Shown piece after piece: positions 5,848-11,624 of a DNA stretch of 11,624 bases. The notes under the pieces were generated by a model. That model saw only the letters and a list, made by a program, of their open reading frames with translations. It ran no database searches and was not told the DNA's origin. The DNA comes from Promethearchaeota archaeon. GTDB taxonomy: Archaea > Asgardarchaeota > Odinarchaeia > Odinarchaeales > JBHLKK01. Every line of letters starts with the position of its first letter. Positions within the stretch are counted from its first letter, which is position 1. A program made the position numbers and the translations under genes. The DNA is taken from NCBI GenBank assembly GCA_048939465.1, contig JBHLPL010000061.1, positions 1-11,624 on the forward strand. Direction: 5' to 3'.

Positions 5848-6189
5848 CTATTTCGTCTCCTCCGATCCCAATTTTGCTTCAATACGCGCTATCGTCTTTG
5901 CATACTTTCGCAGAAGTTCTACATCCGCTTTAGTCGCCATTCTGCCTTTCATAAAACCGATCTCATCTTTGTTTAGGATACTTGTTTCCTTTACCGAGAG
6001 TACAAGATTCTTGAGGAATGCAATTTCTTGAATTAAGACCTCAAGTCTTAGATGGATGGTGTTTATCCTTTCCTCGAGCGTTGAGATCTTTTCATACACC
6101 TCTTGATCAGGATCATCCTCATGCTCAAGATTGATCCGTACATCATGTCTCATTTCGAGATTCTCTTGATCCATTCTCCTAAAACCCAA
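5848..6189 (-). CDS. Hypothetical coiled-coil protein (about 113 aa, start uncertain)
   Basis: Acidic N-terminus followed by heptads (ISTLEERINTIHLRLEVLIQEIAFLKNLV) and ATKADVELLRKY. Translationally coupled to the next gene. Confidence 0.75.
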   Translation of the reverse strand: MGFRRMDQENLEMRHDVRINLEHEDDPDQEVYEKISTLEERINTIHLRLEVLIQEIAFLKNLVLSVKETSILNKDEIGFMKGRMATKADVELLRKYAKTIARIEAKLGSEETK

Positions 6190-6246
6190 TAATGACGTGT
6201 CTCACTTGGGCTTAAATACACCGCTTTCCTACTTCCGCGAAGGAGG

Positions 6247-6888
6247 CTAGACATTCTCCAGTTGTACGCCCTTTGGGTAATTGCTGCTGATGATTTTATC
6301 GGCAATTCTCATGGTTGCAAGGGCTGCAGGGCTAGATTCTGCACCTTCCACGTAGAAGCTATCTAGCTGCTCTGCTTTGATGACTTCCTCATCATAAGGA
6401 ACTACTCCGAGGATAGCAGTATTAAGATACTGTGCTATCGCCTTGTGGCTGTATTCGTAATCTGCACATTCGCCTGCCTTATTAATTATCGAATAAATCG
6501 ACTCTCCAAATCTGTTTCTAACAAGATTTGATACTGTAAGACTGCTTCCGAGTGATACTTTGTATGGTGTGGTGACTAATATTGCGCCATCAACTTCTTC
6601 TACGGATCTGAAAATCGGCATTAGATTCCCAGTCATAAATATGAGATCGGAATTATCTCGGGACAACCTTAGTATGTTCCTAACTTTTTCCCGTTTTATC
6701 TCATCAGATATCTGAATATACAGCAACTGTTCTTTGTTTGGTATAGGCAGTTGGATCTGCCTGTTATTATCGAAGTTAATGATGAGCGTCTTTTTCCCAA
6801 GCGTTCTTGCATAGTATGCCGTGTTCATCAATATCTGTGTTCTCCCCACTCCACCTTTCCCGCTTGTAAATAATACTGTTTTTGCCAT
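6247..6888 (-). CDS. MinD/ParA (SIMIBI) family protein with degenerate ATPase motifs, 213 aa
   Basis: Deviant Walker A SGKGGVGRT, then GKKTLIINFD, VDGAILVTTP...SLGSSL, SIINK and ILGVVPYDEEVIKA, all collinear with MinD. Confidence 0.88.
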   Translation of the reverse strand: MAKTVLFTSGKGGVGRTQILMNTAYYARTLGKKTLIINFDNNRQIQLPIPNKEQLLYIQISDEIKREKVRNILRLSRDNSDLIFMTGNLMPIFRSVEEVDGAILVTTPYKVSLGSSLTVSNLVRNRFGESIYSIINKAGECADYEYSHKAIAQYLNTAILGVVPYDEEVIKAEQLDSFYVEGAESSPAALATMRIADKIISSNYPKGVQLENV

Positions 6889-7125
6889 TTCTTCTCACTC
6901 ATTCAGTGATTTCAAGCCGCCTATTCATTTCCTTTCAAGATCTTGTTGATGGACGGGCGAATATTAACACCACTTTTGAGTGTCCTCGCTGTGTTTAGAG
7001 GGTACCACAGAGGGGTATTTATTCGCTCGTAATAACTTGCTTTTGAGAATCAAGGTGTGGTTACTATATCATATGGGGAGGAAATACGGCCTCGTAATAT
7101 CTGTCCTTAAAACTCCTTAAGTGGT

Positions 7126-7530
7126 GTGATTGATTTGGAGCTAACTCTCGAGAAAGCATTAGCAATAATAATAACCCTTTCCTTTACCTTGTCTCTAGGC
7201 GTACCTATAGCTCAAAGAGCAATCTACGTGGTTTCTGATTCTCAAAAAATGGTAGCAATAAATATGGTCATAGATGCTGTTGATGGTGGAATAGCAAATG
7301 TTTCGACAACTGGGGAGTTATACATACGTTCTGTATATCTGCCGAATGACTTGGTAATCTGGAGCGAGAATAGAAGCATTTTCTACAAGTTCTATATTGA
7401 GACCTGGCACATAATCGAAAGGACTTACTCTCTAAAGATTGCACTAGAACCCGCTGCTGAATCCGGAAATCATTTTCTTACCATCAGTTTAGTTGAAAAC
7501 GTAATTCACATCGACTTCACAAGTTGGTGA
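7126..7530 (+). CDS. Membrane-anchored archaeal pilin-like protein (134 aa from GTG 7126, or 131 aa from TTG 7135)
   Basis: N-terminal ELTLEKALAIIITLSFTLSLGVPIA (Glu+5-like pattern followed by a hydrophobic helix), an amphipathic helix, then a beta-rich domain (VYLPNDLVIW...SGNHFLTISL). SD-like GGTGTGA lies upstream of TTG 7135. The pilin assignment is by pattern only. Confidence 0.6.
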   Translation: MIDLELTLEKALAIIITLSFTLSLGVPIAQRAIYVVSDSQKMVAINMVIDAVDGGIANVSTTGELYIRSVYLPNDLVIWSENRSIFYKFYIETWHIIERTYSLKIALEPAAESGNHFLTISLVENVIHIDFTSW

Positions 7531-7536
7531 TGCGCT

Positions 7537-7785
7537 TTGGAACTCGTGTGGGTCATCTTGGTGCTCGTAATAATGGTCATTTGGCTTGCGGAGTTGCTGG
7601 TAACTCCCTTCTGTAACGATATGATCTCTTTTTCGTTCATTTTTTCGATTTTCATCGTAACCGCGCCAATAGTCTTATCTATAGCAGCCAAGCTATCTCC
7701 TCTATTCACAATAGTATCGGTATTTGCAATAACCTTTGCAATCATTATGCTAGGCCAGTTTTGTGTCATCTTGCTTACAAGCTAG
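7537..7785 (+). CDS. Small integral membrane protein (82 aa, about 3 TM helices)
   Basis: TTG start with SD GGTGAT (7526-7531) overlapping the upstream stop; almost entirely hydrophobic sequence. Confidence 0.6.
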   Translation: MELVWVILVLVIMVIWLAELLVTPFCNDMISFSFIFSIFIVTAPIVLSIAAKLSPLFTIVSVFAITFAIIMLGQFCVILLTS

Positions 7786-7881
7786 CGCTGTATATGAATG
7801 ATTCTTGGAAGAACGCTATACGCCGTGTTTTTCGAAGAAGCGGTGCTTCTCCTTTTTAGATATCGAATGAAATCTCATATT

Positions 7882-9336
7882 CTAGCGGATTTCAACGCCG
7901 CTCGAGCCACTCTTTCGCTTCTTTCTTATCAATATTACTACTAAAGGACTAACCGATATGATAGGCAGCAGATACCAGATTGAATTGCCCATGTTGCGGG
8001 ATGCTGTTGCCTCGACAACCTCAACATCGACTTCGCCAAAGGATGAAAGGTGAATATCGGATTCCTGTACAACGGCCCTAAGCTTAACGGATCCTAAAGG
8101 AACATCTTCAGGGGTCAACCATGTAAAGGAAGTATTACCATCCACCACCTGTATGTTTCCAATACTATGCCATTCTTCATTCCAGAATGCGTAAATTTCC
8201 ACGTCAGAAGCATTTTCTACCAAGTGGTCTGAAATAGTGTCAATTATCATGATACTGATCGCGGCGGGTTCTCCTCGAGTTATATTTCCATTTAGAGAGA
8301 GAATCGTATTGGTTGGACGGCCTATCACAGATAAGAAGAGTATCGTGTAGTCTGTTGAATTCGTCTTTCTAGCACGAAGTACGACCGGATACGTCCCTTT
8401 CTGTTTAGGTGCTGAAATTATGCTCTGATACGTTCCATTACCATTATCGGATAGCATGCCCTCAGAGAAACTTGTTTTCCAGCTTAGGCTAACATAAGAA
8501 CTATTCGCATTCTCACGGACGATTATGGAAGAAGACGTCGGATCATAATCTACGTAAGCGTAAACGCTTTCTGGAGCTAACGAAGCATCTAATGCAGTCG
8601 AGTTGTTCACGTAAATCTGGTATTCAAGTGTTGCAGACTCATAATCACTGGTCTCTGACACGTTGAAGTTGAATGTGTAATTGCTGCTTGACCAGTCTGT
8701 TTCGTAAAATGCAATAGGAATTCTTCCTGCGCTATCCGTAAAATACGTGTTGTTAATTAGTTGCCCATCATCCGAATAAGCTTGAATCTGAACAACTAGA
8801 TTAGGAATGACCAGTGTCCTGTCATGTTCATTAAAGAACTCAAAAATCACTTCGATCTCTTCGTGGTCAGAGACATGACTGGAAGTAACGTTAACACACG
8901 TGCAATTAATCCCCGCCCTCTTGACTGAAAAGGTTACAACTGCATTTTCCATCAAAGTACCATTTTCTTCATCAACCACCAAAGTCACATTGCCCACACC
9001 TGTCTGTCCGTCTGCACCTGGATCCCACGATTGTGGATCAATCCTGAAATCGGCTGACCTAAGCTGTCTTACACCAGGTTCAGTGAATATTTCTTCCGCG
9101 ACAAAAGAATTGAGTGTATGAATCGAAAAAATAGCCTGCCCTGTTTCTTGAGGTGGACTATATTCTAAGGTGTAGGATGAAGTCAACGTTAGTGTTTCCC
9201 CTATTTCGTACGGAGTTCTTACTGAAATTCCATGAATCTCCACATTTCCTGGATTGCCGTAGGCCGGGTTTAAAAAACTCGTTGTAAGCATAAGAGAGAG
9301 CAGTAATAAGCTTAGATACAATGTTTTTCTATTCAC
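7882..9336 (-). CDS. Secreted, C-terminally membrane-anchored surface (glyco)protein with beta-rich/Ig-like segments, 484 aa
   Basis: Sec signal peptide MNRKTLYLSLLLLSLMLTTSFLNPAYG; T/S/N/V/E-rich body with about 15 N-x-S/T sequons; C-terminal TM IWYLLPIISVSPLVVILI followed by RKKRK. Confidence 0.85.
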   Translation of the reverse strand: MNRKTLYLSLLLLSLMLTTSFLNPAYGNPGNVEIHGISVRTPYEIGETLTLTSSYTLEYSPPQETGQAIFSIHTLNSFVAEEIFTEPGVRQLRSADFRIDPQSWDPGADGQTGVGNVTLVVDEENGTLMENAVVTFSVKRAGINCTCVNVTSSHVSDHEEIEVIFEFFNEHDRTLVIPNLVVQIQAYSDDGQLINNTYFTDSAGRIPIAFYETDWSSSNYTFNFNVSETSDYESATLEYQIYVNNSTALDASLAPESVYAYVDYDPTSSSIIVRENANSSYVSLSWKTSFSEGMLSDNGNGTYQSIISAPKQKGTYPVVLRARKTNSTDYTILFLSVIGRPTNTILSLNGNITRGEPAAISIMIIDTISDHLVENASDVEIYAFWNEEWHSIGNIQVVDGNTSFTWLTPEDVPLGSVKLRAVVQESDIHLSSFGEVDVEVVEATASRNMGNSIWYLLPIISVSPLVVILIRKKRKSGSSGVEIR

Positions 9337-9368
9337 TATAGTCCCGTTAGTTCATCAATGACATAAGG

Positions 9369-9375
9369 ATATAAA
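9369..9375 (-). promoter_or_regulatory. Candidate TATA box (TTTATAT) for the surface protein gene
   Basis: Lies 32 nt upstream of the GTG at 9336 in the divergent intergenic region. Confidence 0.45.
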
Positions 9376-9418
9376 CTACCCTACCGCATCAGTTGACTTC
9401 GTTGTGAAGGAAAAAGTA

Positions 9419-9426
9419 TTTATTAA
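9419..9426 (+). promoter_or_regulatory. Candidate TATA box (TTTATTAA) with purine-rich BRE-like upstream sequence, for atpB
   Basis: GAAGGAAAAAGTA-TTTATTAA, about 46 nt upstream of ATG 9473. Confidence 0.45.
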
Positions 9427-9472
9427 AGTTTAATTTACAGTGCTTGAAAATACCATTGGGGATATAATAAGC

Positions 9473-10891
9473 ATGGTGCAAGAGCGTACTGGCCCAAAAT
9501 CTGAGACACAAGCGTACACCGCTCGTACCTATCAGACCGTGATTGAGGTTTCTGGTCCACTACTAATCGTTGAAGGAGTCGATAATGTTGGATACGAAGA
9601 ACTGGTCAGAGTGATTACGCCGGATGGAGAAAGCCGAACTGGAACAGTCTTAGAAACAGCAAAAGGTAAGGTCGTAATTCAGGTCTTTGAAGGAACTCGG
9701 GGCTTAAACACTGAAAGTACGAATGTGCGTTTCACTAGTGAGACATTAAAACTTCCCGTTTCTGCGGACATACTCGGAAGGATTTTCAGCGGAAGTGGGC
9801 AACCACTCGATGGCGGTCCGCCTATCATTCCTGATGATTACAGGGATATAAACGGATTTCCTATCAATCCTTATGCTCGAGAATATCCTAGAGAGTACAT
9901 CCAAACTGGAATTTCTGTAATAGACGGAATGAATAGCCTAAGCAGGGGGCAAAAGCTGCCAATTTTCAGCGGAAATGGCCTTCCTCACAACAGGATCGCG
10001 GCTCAAATAGCCCGACAAGCTAAGGTATTGGGAAAGGAAGAGGAATTTGCTATCGTGTTTTGTGCAATGGGCATTACGGCTGAAGAGGCTCAGTATTTCA
10101 AAGCCAACTTCGAAAAAACAGGTGCTCTTGAAAGATTAACCATGTTCATAAACCTGGCAGATGATCCTGCTATTGAGCGGATAATAACTCCAAGAATGGC
10201 CTTAACAGCGGCCGAATACCTGGCTTATGAACAAGGTCTACACCTATTAGTAATACTGACAGACATGACCAACTATGCTGAGGCCTTAAGAGAGATTTCT
10301 GCAGCTCGTGAAGAGGTGCCAGGACGACGGGGGTATCCGGGTTACATGTACACCGATTTGGCCACCATTTACGAACGTGCAGGCAGAATTAAAGGTCGAA
10401 GAGGAACGATAACACAGATGCCGATCCTATCAATGCCACACGATGACATAACTCATCCTATACCGGATCTTACGGGGTATATTACCGAAGGGCAGCTAAT
10501 AGTTGATAGGGGTCTTCACAGAAAAGCAATCTATCCTCCCATAGACCCTCGTCCAAGTCTCTCGAGGTTAATGAAAGAAGGAATCGGGGAGGGTATGACG
10601 AGAGGTGATCATCGAGAGGTATCGGATCAGTTGTACTACGCCTACTCGACAGGCTGCGACTTACGGGACCTGGTGGCAGTTGTTGGCGAGGAGGCTTTGA
10701 CAGAGAGGGACAGACAATATCTCAAGTTTGCAGATGAATTTGAAAGACGTTTCATTAATCAAGGTGAGTATGAAGAACGTTCAATATACGATACATTGGA
10801 TTTGGCTTGGAATTTGCTATCGGCATTACCTGAAGGAGAACTAAAACGCATTGACCCCGAGACGATAAAGAAATACCTCAAAACCGACTAA
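9473..10891 (+). CDS. atpB: A/V-type ATP synthase subunit B
   Basis: Signature motifs [10 protein letters not shown]-x-[83 protein letters not shown] 9473 is preferred over GTG 9440, which lies too close to the TATA box. Confidence 0.97.
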   Translation: MVQERTGPKSETQAYTARTYQTVIEVSGPLLIVEGVDNVGYEELVRVITPDGESRTGTVLETAKGKVVIQVFEGTRGLNTESTNVRFTSETLKLPVSADILGRIFSGSGQPLDGGPPIIPDDYRDINGFPINPYAREYPREYIQTGISVIDGMNSLSRGQKLPIFSGNGLPHNRIAAQIARQAKVLGKEEEFAIVFCAMGITAEEAQYFKANFEKTGALERLTMFINLADDPAIERIITPRMALTAAEYLAYEQGLHLLVILTDMTNYAEALREISAAREEVPGRRGYPGYMYTDLATIYERAGRIKGRRGTITQMPILSMPHDDITHPIPDLTGYITEGQLIVDRGLHRKAIYPPIDPRPSLSRLMKEGIGEGMTRGDHREVSDQLYYAYSTGCDLRDLVAVVGEEALTERDRQYLKFADEFERRFINQGEYEERSIYDTLDLAWNLLSALPEGELKRIDPETIKKYLKTD

Positions 10892-11200
10892 TCCTTTTCT
10901 GGGTCTTCCATATATCCTAGATAATCATTGGCGCGCCGAAAACCCTCTACAGATTTTATTAAACAGTAGACTGTGCTAAACGATAGGGCCACTCGTTCTC
11001 AAGAAAACAATTATTTAAATACTGGCTTTTATGGCTTCACCAAGAACCTACTGATGGCCATATTTATTAAAAGCACTCAAAGGTCATTGACAGAAAAATA
11101 AAGGTCTCCCTGTTTCTCAGTTATATAAGAACATATTTTTAAGTAGAATCGGCCGAGATTCTTGATAGTGTACAACAAAGGATAAAGAGTTCTCTCCAAA

Positions 11201-11624
11201 ATGCTGCAGGAAAAAATCGAGTATTACGCAAGGGAAATAAAAAAAAGATTTCACCTCAAATTGCAGAAATCGACTCCCAAAATAATTACTACTGATCCGT
11301 TACCTACATCAATTCACTCTAGGAGTTTTGGAGCAATTACAAGGAATAATGTGATAAGAGTTTCGAAGGAGTTCCTCGATTCGCCTCTTCTCGAAGGTAT
11401 ACTAATCCGAGAAACGATGCGTGCCTTCATTCCGGAAATGCTTCTCCCTATTGAAGAGGCTATGGACATAGCTATGTTTGTAGCATACAAGTTACTGCCG
11501 AACAAAGAAGAATGGTTTAAACAATGGGAGAAGGTTGCTCCTCAAAGATTTGTGGGGGACGTCAGATACTGGCCTACTTATGACTTTCTTGAATATGACA
11601 AGGCAACATCTGGGAAAGGCATAA
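11201..11624 (+). CDS. 5' part of a hypothetical protein, 3'-truncated by the window edge
   Basis: Frame open from ATG 11201 to the window end (141 codons): MLQEKIEYYAREIKKRFHLKLQKSTPKIITTD...FGAITRNNVIRVSKEFLDSPLLEGILIRETMRAFIPEMLLPIEEAMDIAMFVAYKLLPNKEEWFKQWEKV... In-frame stop at 11183-11185 upstream. Not in the ORF track because it lacks a stop. Confidence 0.85.
   Translation, partial: MLQEKIEYYAREIKKRFHLKLQKSTPKIITTDPLPTSIHSRSFGAITRNNVIRVSKEFLDSPLLEGILIRETMRAFIPEMLLPIEEAMDIAMFVAYKLLPNKEEWFKQWEKVAPQRFVGDVRYWPTYDFLEYDKATSGKGI

Noticed and set aside
5786-6031. Plus-strand ORF, 81 aa
   Set aside because: Antisense to the coupled coiled-coil genes, which have good SD signals.
768-6888. Pilus cluster as an element integrated at the tRNA 3' end
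   Set aside because: No integrase and no duplicated tRNA 3' segment (att site) visible in the window; I could not compute a compositional test.
6889-7125. Micro-ORFs in the divergent intergenic region (e.g. one ending FECPRCV)
   Set aside because: Only about 30 codons with a single CxxC and no clear SD; more likely promoter DNA.
7506-7769. Minus-strand ORF, 87 aa
   Set aside because: T/I/K/M-rich composition is what the antisense of a hydrophobic gene produces. The plus-strand ORF has an SD and is coupled to its upstream gene.
8900-9121. Plus-strand ORF, 73 aa
   Set aside because: Antisense shadow of the surface protein gene.
10892-11200. Possible ncRNA in the 309-bp gap after atpB
   Set aside because: No C/D or H/ACA boxes, tRNA-like arms or convincing stable hairpin by eye (only weak TCTAC/GTAGA and GTCA-T-TGAC). 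It contains TATA-like tracts consistent with promoter DNA. An Infernal/Rfam scan would be decisive.
11314-11505. Minus-strand ORF, 63 aa
   Set aside because: Antisense to the longer open plus-strand frame starting at 11201.
1-11624. CRISPR array, transposase or intein
   Set aside because: No regularly spaced repeats or transposase motifs seen; TadA and AtpB are collinear with their families, with no intein-sized insertion.

Overview
Archaeal chromosomal window. The gene set (S17e, TFB-like protein, BHB-intron tRNA, A/V-type ATPase B) is unambiguously archaeal; Asgard or a related lineage is my inference. From left to right: the 3' end of a divergent TFB/TFIIB-like gene, rps17e, and a tRNA-Glu(CTC) split by two non-canonical BHB introns (34/35 inside the anticodon, and 53/54). 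An ~6 kb minus-strand cluster follows: degenerate MinD/ParA-like protein, two small helical/coiled-coil proteins, a degenerate Mrr-like PD-(D/E)xK protein, a VirB11/TadA ATPase with a Cys-rich N-terminal extension, two TadB/TadC (T2SS-F) platform proteins and a Flp-like pilin with its own TATA box. Next come a divergent pilin-like gene lacking a class III cleavage site, a tiny membrane protein, a sequon-rich surface protein, a stand-alone A/V-type ATP synthase subunit B, and the start of an ORF missed by the supplied track (11201 to the end). The best candidate for a poorly described system is the archaeal Tad/Flp-like pilus with its accessory module of apparent pseudo-enzymes. No CRISPR array, integrase or transposase is visible.
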